IMG/VR virus record: IMGVR_UViG_3300047319_000877
DNA from: a virus
Length of the DNA stretch: 46,976 nt
Strand: one strand, 5' to 3'
Part shown: piece after piece, positions 9,134 to 18,054 of the stretch
Layout of the letters: each line of letters starts with the position of its first letter
Position numbering within the stretch: position 1 is the stretch's first letter
The notes under the pieces: model-generated
Databases searched by the model: none
Seen by the model: the letters and a program-made list of their open reading frames with translations, nothing else
What the model was told of the DNA's origin: nothing
Translations under genes and position numbers: made by a program

Positions 9134-10525
9134 ATGGCATATCCATTTGATGAATCATTCGATGTTTACGGACTTAATAAGAAGAATCGATTAGATCGAT
9201 TAATGCGTGATCCCTACAGTAATCAATTGACTGAACCCGGATTAATGGATCAGTCAGAGAATCCATTCGGTGGATTATTTAAGCCATCTAATTTACAGTC
9301 GATTGGATCTGCATCTGATCCATCGGTATCTGCAAAACCAGCTCAATCAGATGATGAGAGTTTAAGTGAATCCATAAGAAAAATGATGGAATTGAATAAT
9401 CAATACTATCATCCTGAACATACGGCTTCAGATAGATTGAATCAACTATTGAATAGTTTCCCACAAGAAAAAAGACCATCAATCGGTCGAACGATAGTAG
9501 CTGGTTTAGCTGGAATGGGTGCTAAAGAGGGTGGCGGATACGATGCATCCCAGAAGGTGATAGATGAGCCATTTAAGGGTGATTTAGAGAAATGGAAGGC
9601 CCAGACTCAACCCTCGTATCAGGCAGCGGAAGCTGAAAATCAAGGTAATGTAAATCAACGTACATTACTAGGGAATATGATTACGGCTGAAACAGCTAGT
9701 CGTAGAAATAGAACAGCAGATGATAAATATAGAGCTGAAATTCTATCTAGGGAGAAGATTGCAACTGAGAAGGATGCAACAACTAGAGAAATAGCACAAT
9801 CAAAACAAAGATTAGAACAGTATAAATTTGATAATCCTTATTTGATATTTGATTTCAATAGTCCAACTGTTCAAGCATTTGATCAACAAACTGGAGAATC
9901 ATTTGATACGAAAGTTCCATCAGGTCATATATCTGATATGGATAAAGCTGCAATAAATCAAAAGAATAAATTAGCACAAATTGCAGCACAAGGAGATCAA
10001 TCTAGACGAAATGAAGGAACTAGACAAGAGAATCGAATTGTAATTGAAGATAAACGAGCACAAGATGCTAGAGATTTGAAGGGAGTTGAGAACGAATCCC
10101 AACAAAGAATTGGCGAGGCACGTAGGGCTAAATCAATATTAAATCAGAATCCCGAATTACGTCCATACATTAAATTCGATGGATCTAGTCCTAATGATTT
10201 TACTCTAACTCCTCCTAAGGCTGGTTTCTTTAGTGGAGTTTCAGCCGATATTCAGAAAAAATACGATGATGCAGTGAAACAAATTTATGGTCAACAACCT
10301 ACCATTGGTGGTCCCCCAACTTCAACTCAAAAACCGAAACCAATAGCCGGATCTAATCAGGGAATCCCATCTAATCAAGGAGTTCCAGCTACAACTACGA
10401 AGGCTGGGGATTACACAGAAAATACAGTAGATGAACCAATTATTCAACAAAATCGAACAACTGGTGCGAAGCGTGTATCATATGATGGTGGAAAAACCTG
10501 GAAGCCATACACAGGTGGTCAATAA
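9134..10525 (+). CDS. Internal virion-type protein (463 aa), charged coiled-coil centre
   Basis: Position; K/E/R/Q-rich central region. TAATG-type coupling with the next ORF at 10525. Confidence 0.4.
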   Translation: MAYPFDESFDVYGLNKKNRLDRLMRDPYSNQLTEPGLMDQSENPFGGLFKPSNLQSIGSASDPSVSAKPAQSDDESLSESIRKMMELNNQYYHPEHTASDRLNQLLNSFPQEKRPSIGRTIVAGLAGMGAKEGGGYDASQKVIDEPFKGDLEKWKAQTQPSYQAAEAENQGNVNQRTLLGNMITAETASRRNRTADDKYRAEILSREKIATEKDATTREIAQSKQRLEQYKFDNPYLIFDFNSPTVQAFDQQTGESFDTKVPSGHISDMDKAAINQKNKLAQIAAQGDQSRRNEGTRQENRIVIEDKRAQDARDLKGVENESQQRIGEARRAKSILNQNPELRPYIKFDGSSPNDFTLTPPKAGFFSGVSADIQKKYDDAVKQIYGQQPTIGGPPTSTQKPKPIAGSNQGIPSNQGVPATTTKAGDYTENTVDEPIIQQNRTTGAKRVSYDGGKTWKPYTGGQ

Positions 10526-13500
10526 TGCCTCAACCAGATGATTGGGTTACAATTTCAGGTGGTAATCCTGATGATTGGGTGGACATTACTCCCAAAAAAT
10601 ACGAAAATAAACCATCATACTATGATCAATATCTTGATCCTATAGTTAGTACATTAACACGCGCACCCGATATCGTCACTAAACCTCTCAAACGATTTGA
10701 AGATTGGATTACTACCCCTAGTCTCACATCCACGGATACGACTAAATCCATTCCGATGGGTAAAGATTTATTCATTAGTCCCCAGGAACGAGATATTGCA
10801 GGTGCTCAACTTAAAGGTTTCATAGGTGGTTCCGCTGTAGGACTGGGGAATCAACTATCTCCAGCTAATGTAGCCCAACAGGCATTTCCGGAGTCCAAAC
10901 TTATAAATTACGGGGTTACAGGACTTCAGGGACTTAGTGGAGTTAAAAATTTAGCTCAAGGTAATTATCTCGATGCTGGTCAGGATTTGGGATGGGCTGT
11001 AATTAATCATTTGCTTGGACCTAATGCTGGTGGACATAGTGGTGATAATAGACCACCTCTCAATATGTCAGTTGAAGATATGGGACCAGTTCCATCAGGT
11101 CCGAGTCCACAATTTAGACGACAATTGGAAGGGCGTGTAGAACCAGTTAATACACCTCCATCACAACCACCTCCGCCAAATACACCACCAGAGGGAGTGG
11201 GACATAGAATTATTAGGGATGATTGGACTCCTGCAATGATGGAGCATTATAAACAAATGGGATATGTTCCAGGTGGAATTGATCCCGTTAGTGGTAATGC
11301 TTACATGGAATTTAGGGGTTCACAACAATCAACCCAACAGGCACCATCACAAGAACAACCAAGTAATCCATTCGATCAGGTTCCTGTAGAAGAAGATTCA
11401 ACTGGAGAAACAGTTAGACTTAATAAACCAAGTAATACAGCTATTGAGAATTTAAAGGCGGAAGGATTCAAACTAGTTGAAATTGATCGATCTGGTATAG
11501 CTACATTTAAGCGATTATTTACAGATGAATCTGGACAAGTTGATTTCGGAGCATTGAAGGCTGGATTACGTCGAATGTTAGGACGTGAACCTACTGAGGA
11601 AGAAGTTCAACGTAAGGCATTTGAGGAAAATAGTCATATTTCAGTTGAACCTGGTACTCAGACTGGACAGGTGGCCCCATTTACTCTAAAATCACGTCAA
11701 GTAAATGATGTTGTAATGGATATATCTAATCATCTTAAACAAGATGTAGATAGAATGGATGAAAATAGTCTAAATCGGTTACTTCAAGAAGGTGAAAATA
11801 CTATTACAAAAGAAAAAGATCCTACTATTATTATAGATAATTATGAAAATTTAAATGAACATTTACAATTTGCTAAAATATATGGAACACCGGATGAAAT
11901 TGAGTATATTGGACAATTACGTGATATTGCTTTTGATAAACAAAGATCTATACAACGACCACGTACTCCTATTTTTACGCAACCATCTCAAGAACCACCT
12001 TCTATACAGGAACCAATTACTAATCAATTAATGCCGCCAGGACCACAACCAGTCCCCCAACAACAGATGGGACCAAGATTAGTTCCACCTGTCCAACCAC
12101 AATTCAAAGAACCACAAATAGATCCAAATATTGCATACATTGAAGCTCATACACCAATAGATCAATTGAGAGGACAGAATCAGTTACAGAATATCAGTCA
12201 ACAGGGTCCAATAAATGAGCCAGTTGATCTAGGTCCACAACCTACTCAGGAGTCATTTGGCCCACGTAATACTCCAGATGAGCCATTATTTCAACGTGCA
12301 TTCAAATCTGATCCTAAACGAATGGATTTAGGTCCACGTTATTATGGTCAGGGTAGACCTAGTATTGCAGGAGATTTAGTTCAAGCACGGGATAGTCAAA
12401 ATGAACGCGCACGCGCACTTGGAATTGATCCAAAAGGAATGAGTGATGATGAACTAGTTAATGCAATTCGACGAGCGCGTGGATTAACTGATGAAGAACC
12501 ACAGTTTGCAAAAGTCAAGGGCGGAGGATTACAGATAAGTACAGATAATCGAAGGGCTGCAACTAATATCACTAAAGATTATTCAAGTCCACTTGAAGGA
12601 ATTATGAATCGTGAAGGTATGCAAAATGCAATGGATGCAGCCGATTCAATGGGTCTTGATGGTAAAGTTAGATTAAGAATTACCAATAAAACAGCTACTA
12701 GTCCAGCTACGATGGAAATACATGATAATGGTTTAGGAATGGACGAGGCTACATTAGCTGATAAATTAACTACACTATTTGCAACAGGTAAGGAAAATCA
12801 AGCAGGAGCTACTGGTGGTAAAGGAATTGGAAGTGCAAGTTATATACTAGGTGGTGAACATTTTGAAATTGATACTGTGGCAGTAGATCAACGTGATGGT
12901 AAGAAATATAGAATTGAAGCTGGTGGAACTCCTGAACAGTTTCATTCACCCCAAGGATCAGATTGGAGTAAGACTCCAGTTCCAAAAGATACACCAACTG
13001 GAACCTCGATTAAGGTAATATTAAAAGATAATCAAGAATTACATTACACTAGAACAATGGCAGATAATATCATTGCACATTCAAGAGATAGACAATCTAA
13101 GGTAATATATGATCAATACGGTTATATGACTAGTGGAACACCTATTAATGAAATACAACCAAATGATCCTAAGTTTAATACTGAACATACATTCAAATCA
13201 TCTAAAGGTGATAAAATTGTTGCAGATTTTACGTTCAAAAATAATGAAATTAAAGTTCAAGTTCCTCCATATGATAAAAATAAAGAAATATCATATTTTA
13301 AGGTTCATGTGTTGAATAATGGAATGTATCAATTTAGTGAACAGAAATCAATTGGATCGAAGGTTAAAGATTTTCCCTCAGATGTAATCGTAAACATTCA
13401 ACCTCAAGTAGATGAGATGCATAATGATTATCCATTTACTAACACCAGAGAACACTTGAAAAATGATATTAAAGAAGTTATAGAGAAGGCTGTTAAGGAT

Positions 13501-15690
13501 AAACTTAGTGGACCGGCAGTTGAGAGGAAGAAGAATAGAACTCAAGAATTATATGATTCTATGCCATTAGTTAATACTCCAGGTCTTAAACGTAAATCGG
13601 TGATATTTGATCCAGGTAATAGACTTACACCAGATGAAATTAAGAATGTTCAAAGTAGTCCAATAGTTAAGTCATTACTTCTTCATTATGATAATTTAAT
13701 TGATGGTATAATTCAAACAACTGGTAGAACAGAATGGGCTGATAGATTAGAAGGAATTGGAATAGTATTCGATCCTACTATAAATGGAGTAATGATACCT
13801 AATCCAACTACAGGCAAGGCAACTATTCTAATTAATCCATTTGCAAGGATGGAAGGTGGACTTAATCCGAAGGATAATGCATGGGATAGTACAATTACTG
13901 CATTACATGAGGCTGCACATATTGGGAAGGAAACCGGGAAACCTATTAATTTTTCTCCCCAAGAACTAACTGATCCTCGTATGGGTAAATTTTTACAAGA
14001 TTACATGAATGAATTAGTTAATCATGGTGATGTGGGATACGAACAAACTGGTCATGGAATGGGCTTCACTCATAGATTGGGTGAAGTTTTCAGTTCCTTT
14101 GGAGTGGAGAATACTTATGGACAGGCCAATCAACTTGAACAAATCCTCTCAGACAACACTGGGGGATACCGTCCAGAAATACAGAGAATATTTCAGCTCT
14201 ATCAAGAACGCAATGGGAGAGACGCAACTACAGAAGACCTTCTCAGCCCAACGGGAACTAAGCAAGCAAATAGAAGATCCGGTGGAACGGGGAATATTCC
14301 TGGCAATTCACAAACAACTGGAGATGGAACTCCTACCTCCAAGTTAAGAGAAGCATATAATTTATCACGCGGAATCACTACAACGATGGACTTGTCTGCA
14401 CCATTGAGACAGGGACTTCCATTAATTGGAACTAGAGCATGGTGGACTTCGTGGAATCAACAGATGCGCGCTCTCGGATCTGAGAAAGCATATAATAAAA
14501 CAATCGCAGATATTAAAGCCAGACCGATGTTCCGTCGTTACAGGGATTCAAGGACTGGAAAGGAAATTAAATCATTCGCTGAACAGGCTGGACTTGCGTT
14601 AACAGATGTAAGTACTAATCTGAATCAACGAGAGGAATCTATCGCATCTAGTTGGACTGAATCCGGTAAGATGTTCGGTGAAAATAATGCAGTTCAGAGG
14701 GGATATAAGAAAACAATTGGACGTGGAGCTAGGGCATCTAATCGTGCATACACAGCATATTTGAACCAACTCCGTGCCGATACATTCGAGACACTAATTA
14801 AGGATGCTAAGGTATCATTCGATTCATCCCAGGCAGCAGGTACATTAGCTAAGACTGGAGATAAAGATCCACTAACTGATATGACTTATGCTAGAGAAAT
14901 AGCTCAAGCTGTGAATACATTGACTGGACGTGGTTCATTGACATTAGTTGGACCTAGTATGGAGGGTGGTAAATTACATTTGAAAGAACACTCAGCAGAA
15001 GCCGCTGCTGGACTCTTAACTAATACAATGTTTGCACCTAGGAATACCGCTGCCAAGATGCAAATGATGAATCCGATGACTTATATGATGGCTAGTCCAT
15101 TCGTTAGAAAACAATATCTGAAAGGATTACTCGGAGTCGCGGGTGCGTGGTTGACAGTTTCGGGATTGGCTTCACTGGCAGGAGCCGATGTAACATTAGA
15201 TCCGCGTAGTGCAGACTTCGGTAAGGTTAGAATTGGTAACTTTAGATTAGATCCAGGTGGTGGGTTTCAACAGTTCCTTGTAGACTATGCAAGAAATGCA
15301 ACTGGACATACACTTTCATCAGCTAGTGGTAAAAACTTCGAATTAGGACAAGGATACCGTGCTCCAACTAGGAAGGATATTAATGAGGGATTCTGGGTAA
15401 ATAAACTTCATCCATTAATTAAATTTGCATACGATATATCGAATGCATCTACACATCAACCATTCGGTGTAATGGATCGAACTCTCCAACAAGTTGTTCC
15501 ATTAGTTGTTCAAGATTTATGGGATATTGTTAAAGAGAACCCAGAACTGCTACCATTTGCACCGGCAATAATAGCAGGTATGGGCACACAGATTTACAAC
15601 AAGGGTCAGACTGAGGAGAGATTCATTCCAAAGGAATACGATTACAATTTCACAGGTGGTGAATTACCTGGATCTAGTCTATTTCAATGA
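10525..15690 (+). CDS. Giant multi-domain virion/ejection-type protein (1721 aa) with a GHKL (Bergerat-fold) ATPase-like domain and an HExxH metallopeptidase-like motif
   Basis: N-box EGMQNAMDAAD (nt ~12614-12645), G1 box HDNGLGMDE (12721-12747), G2 box GGKGIGSAS (12814-12840). LHEAAH at 13906-13920. P/Q-rich linkers and a C-terminal hydrophobic segment GLLGVAGAWLTVSGLASLAG. Confidence 0.65.
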   Translation: MPQPDDWVTISGGNPDDWVDITPKKYENKPSYYDQYLDPIVSTLTRAPDIVTKPLKRFEDWITTPSLTSTDTTKSIPMGKDLFISPQERDIAGAQLKGFIGGSAVGLGNQLSPANVAQQAFPESKLINYGVTGLQGLSGVKNLAQGNYLDAGQDLGWAVINHLLGPNAGGHSGDNRPPLNMSVEDMGPVPSGPSPQFRRQLEGRVEPVNTPPSQPPPPNTPPEGVGHRIIRDDWTPAMMEHYKQMGYVPGGIDPVSGNAYMEFRGSQQSTQQAPSQEQPSNPFDQVPVEEDSTGETVRLNKPSNTAIENLKAEGFKLVEIDRSGIATFKRLFTDESGQVDFGALKAGLRRMLGREPTEEEVQRKAFEENSHISVEPGTQTGQVAPFTLKSRQVNDVVMDISNHLKQDVDRMDENSLNRLLQEGENTITKEKDPTIIIDNYENLNEHLQFAKIYGTPDEIEYIGQLRDIAFDKQRSIQRPRTPIFTQPSQEPPSIQEPITNQLMPPGPQPVPQQQMGPRLVPPVQPQFKEPQIDPNIAYIEAHTPIDQLRGQNQLQNISQQGPINEPVDLGPQPTQESFGPRNTPDEPLFQRAFKSDPKRMDLGPRYYGQGRPSIAGDLVQARDSQNERARALGIDPKGMSDDELVNAIRRARGLTDEEPQFAKVKGGGLQISTDNRRAATNITKDYSSPLEGIMNREGMQNAMDAADSMGLDGKVRLRITNKTATSPATMEIHDNGLGMDEATLADKLTTLFATGKENQAGATGGKGIGSASYILGGEHFEIDTVAVDQRDGKKYRIEAGGTPEQFHSPQGSDWSKTPVPKDTPTGTSIKVILKDNQELHYTRTMADNIIAHSRDRQSKVIYDQYGYMTSGTPINEIQPNDPKFNTEHTFKSSKGDKIVADFTFKNNEIKVQVPPYDKNKEISYFKVHVLNNGMYQFSEQKSIGSKVKDFPSDVIVNIQPQVDEMHNDYPFTNTREHLKNDIKEVIEKAVKDKLSGPAVERKKNRTQELYDSMPLVNTPGLKRKSVIFDPGNRLTPDEIKNVQSSPIVKSLLLHYDNLIDGIIQTTGRTEWADRLEGIGIVFDPTINGVMIPNPTTGKATILINPFARMEGGLNPKDNAWDSTITALHEAAHIGKETGKPINFSPQELTDPRMGKFLQDYMNELVNHGDVGYEQTGHGMGFTHRLGEVFSSFGVENTYGQANQLEQILSDNTGGYRPEIQRIFQLYQERNGRDATTEDLLSPTGTKQANRRSGGTGNIPGNSQTTGDGTPTSKLREAYNLSRGITTTMDLSAPLRQGLPLIGTRAWWTSWNQQMRALGSEKAYNKTIADIKARPMFRRYRDSRTGKEIKSFAEQAGLALTDVSTNLNQREESIASSWTESGKMFGENNAVQRGYKKTIGRGARASNRAYTAYLNQLRADTFETLIKDAKVSFDSSQAAGTLAKTGDKDPLTDMTYAREIAQAVNTLTGRGSLTLVGPSMEGGKLHLKEHSAEAAAGLLTNTMFAPRNTAAKMQMMNPMTYMMASPFVRKQYLKGLLGVAGAWLTVSGLASLAGADVTLDPRSADFGKVRIGNFRLDPGGGFQQFLVDYARNATGHTLSSASGKNFELGQGYRAPTRKDINEGFWVNKLHPLIKFAYDISNASTHQPFGVMDRTLQQVVPLVVQDLWDIVKENPELLPFAPAIIAGMGTQIYNKGQTEERFIPKEYDYNFTGGELPGSSLFQ

Positions 15691-15932
15691 TTCATTGTAC
15701 TAGTCTGGGGATTCCCATTATCGAGTCGATACACCTCAGTTGCTCTCGGTCCTTTAGGTGTCTTCAGTGGTTCAAATGTAACTTGTATTTTAATGTTATT
15801 ACTATAGTCCATCACTAAATCTTCAAAGTGTCCATTGAATTCACTTTTATGGAAAAAGTAGTCCTGTCCACTCTCCCCTTTTATGAAACCGAATCCCTTA
15901 TCTGGAACTAAGCTGGTCAATTTTCCATTCAT
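15684..15932 (-). CDS. Cold-shock-domain protein (82 aa)
   Basis: GFGFIKGESGQDYFFHKSEF matches the CSD RNP1/RNP2-like pattern. TAATG coupling with the upstream MazG gene. Confidence 0.7.
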   Translation of the reverse strand: MNGKLTSLVPDKGFGFIKGESGQDYFFHKSEFNGHFEDLVMDYSNNIKIQVTFEPLKTPKGPRATEVYRLDNGNPQTSTMNH

Positions 15933-16288
15933 TATCTTCTCCTCAATCTAATTTGACTTTTTATAACTTCAGACTTAACATTGAATGTTTCTATTACAGC
16001 TTCACCTAAATCAATACCAGCCTCGGCAGACATAATATCTAAATAAATAATAACATCTGCAAATTCTTGTATTAATTTAGGACGTGCATCTTCAAGAGAA
16101 AAATCTCCACGTCGTATCTTTTTTAATACGTTAGCTGCTTCTCCTAACTCTCCAGTTATAGCTACCATCCAATCATTCAGACTCCATTTGTCATATTTAT
16201 GTGCTAATTCACCTTTAGCATTACGAAATTCAGGTAATCGATTGAGATTTGCCATACGAAGCATATTAAAAGTTAAGCCATCAATCAT
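15932..16288 (-). CDS. MazG-like nucleotide pyrophosphohydrolase (118 aa from the ATG at 16288)
   Basis: EFADVIIYLDIMSAEAGIDLGEAVIETFN pattern. The ATG at 16288 has a GGAG 8 nt upstream and an ATGA overlap with the upstream ORF. The track start at 16309 is GTG. Confidence 0.7.
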   Translation of the reverse strand: MIDGLTFNMLRMANLNRLPEFRNAKGELAHKYDKWSLNDWMVAITGELGEAANVLKKIRRGDFSLEDARPKLIQEFADVIIYLDIMSAEAGIDLGEAVIETFNVKSEVIKSQIRLRRR

Positions 16289-16476
16289 TTGTTCTTCTCC
16301 ATTCTGCACGATGCACAGGATAGGTTACGACCGAAATTAGTTAATCCACACGCGCACTTCCAAGGCTTTACATTAAAGAATTCACGATACCAATCATCAT
16401 CCTTCACTTCAATCGTTATCTCAGATTTCATTTCATCGAAGTCATCAATTGGTATTGGTATCATCTGTTTTATCAC
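16285..16476 (-). CDS. Small zinc-ribbon protein (RanBP2-like WxCxC..N..CxxC)
   Basis: WKCACGLTNFGRNLSCASC. Start is uncertain: GTG at 16476 or ATG at 16464. Confidence 0.5.
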   Translation of the reverse strand: MIKQMIPIPIDDFDEMKSEITIEVKDDDWYREFFNVKPWKCACGLTNFGRNLSCASCRMEKNK

Positions 16477-16747
16477 TAATCATGCATATAATTAACTGTC
16501 TGTGAACTAAAGTTTTCAGTTCATCATTCCAATCTGCATAGTCGGTATTGGCTTCCAACCAATCAATGAATTCTTGTATTCTATCTGATAGTAGTATCAT
16601 TTCGACTTTATTTCTGTAGTAGTCAGTCTGCATCCAATGAAATATACACATACATCGTTTTAACCATTCTCTCTGTTCTTCATATTCTTCTCTATCTAAT
16701 ATCTTACATTCACATTCTAGTTTTCCAAGTGCTGAAAATGGAGTCAT
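16445..16747 (-). CDS. Hypothetical protein (100 aa from the ATG at 16747)
   Basis: AGGAG lies 7 nt upstream of the ATG at 16747. The longer track ORF would overlap the preceding gene. Confidence 0.55.
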   Translation of the reverse strand: MTPFSALGKLECECKILDREEYEEQREWLKRCMCIFHWMQTDYYRNKVEMILLSDRIQEFIDWLEANTDYADWNDELKTLVHRQLIICMISDKTDDTNTN

Positions 16748-16757
16748 TGACTTTCTC

Positions 16758-18032
16758 CTAGCGATTCTTTCCACTAAACAATTTCTTATATTCAATCACC
16801 TGTTGGTCAGGCATGGTGTAGATAATTTGATTCCCTATTGAATCAGTTTTAATCATCCCCGCCTGATCGAATGATTGCATTAGTTCATCTAATTCGTTAG
16901 CATCTTTATAGTGTGCCCACATCCTTTTCAATAGCATCGCCCGACTGATTTGATGAGTTTCCCTGCCAAGTAATTCCATTATTATCAGATTCTTGATACT
17001 CTTGTATTCTGATAGTCCCTTCTTTCCGTGACTCATCTCACGGATATTTCCTACTAACTTCTCACAATAGGCGATAGACAGTTCCATACTATCTCTATCG
17101 ATGTGTAACTCAGGACTTCGAGCTAGAGATAATAACATAGCCACTTTGAGTACGGAGTCACCGAATCGATTCAATGTACCAGTGTCATCTTTCAATTCAT
17201 TCGATGTAGTCTCAAGGAATTGTTCATACCACTGCTCATACATTAGACCAGCTTCGGTGAAGTAACTGACTTCGCCCGTTAATTTTTCCGTGTAAGGAAT
17301 TGTACAACACTCTGTGGGAGTCCTACTAGCCATTGCCTTAAATGGGCCACTTAACTTAGTTAGTTCCTTGAGATAGTCTATTAGTTCGGGGTATTTAGGG
17401 GGGTTGATTAAGGGGACCAATAGACTGTTCGCACGATTACGTTTATTCTCAGATATAACGAATGTACGAGCGAAATACCCACCATGTAAATCTTTCTTAG
17501 CGAAGAAATCATTCGAGTGAGCCTCATTTGTAGCCGTTAACATTGTGATGGTTGGATCTTTCAAATTGAATGTTTCCATCTTCAGTAGTGAACGCCATTC
17601 ACCGATGTTGTATTGTCTATCATATAAATCTGTTAGAATATCTGTGGCTACCTTGTCTTCAACTATTGAACTAGTCAACTCACTACTACATATGAACGCC
17701 GTACTTTTAGAGATTACCTTCCCGCCCGGTTGAGTCTGTGCTGTACCCAATTCTTTTAAGATACCCTGAATAGACGATCTGCCCGAAATAATACGCGTCC
17801 CACCTACGCCTCTCACGAGTTGTTTCGCCATCGATATCGGTGGACCTTTTTTCAATCCCGACTCGGCATGAAACATCACATATATGTTCGGATACAGATT
17901 GTGTATGTGTCTGTCTATCCATACATTGTCCTTTACTATGGCTGATATGGCAGCCAATCCACCCCACATCCAGAAGTTAGTCGGAGATTCAAGTTCTGCG
18001 TGTTGAAAGAGTAATTGTTCTAGCCATGTCAT
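16758..18032 (-). CDS. Replication-associated protein, DUF3987-like (about 424 aa)
   Basis: N-terminal pattern ...GGLAAISAIV...PNIYVMFHAESGLKKGPPISMAKQLV resembles the DUF3987 helicase-like family. AAGGAG lies 5 nt before the ATG at 18032. Adjacent to the polymerase. Confidence 0.4.
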   Translation of the reverse strand: MTWLEQLLFQHAELESPTNFWMWGGLAAISAIVKDNVWIDRHIHNLYPNIYVMFHAESGLKKGPPISMAKQLVRGVGGTRIISGRSSIQGILKELGTAQTQPGGKVISKSTAFICSSELTSSIVEDKVATDILTDLYDRQYNIGEWRSLLKMETFNLKDPTITMLTATNEAHSNDFFAKKDLHGGYFARTFVISENKRNRANSLLVPLINPPKYPELIDYLKELTKLSGPFKAMASRTPTECCTIPYTEKLTGEVSYFTEAGLMYEQWYEQFLETTSNELKDDTGTLNRFGDSVLKVAMLLSLARSPELHIDRDSMELSIAYCEKLVGNIREMSHGKKGLSEYKSIKNLIIMELLGRETHQISRAMLLKRMWAHYKDANELDELMQSFDQAGMIKTDSIGNQIIYTMPDQQVIEYKKLFSGKNR

Positions 18033-18054
18033 CACATCTCCTTGATTGTCTGTT

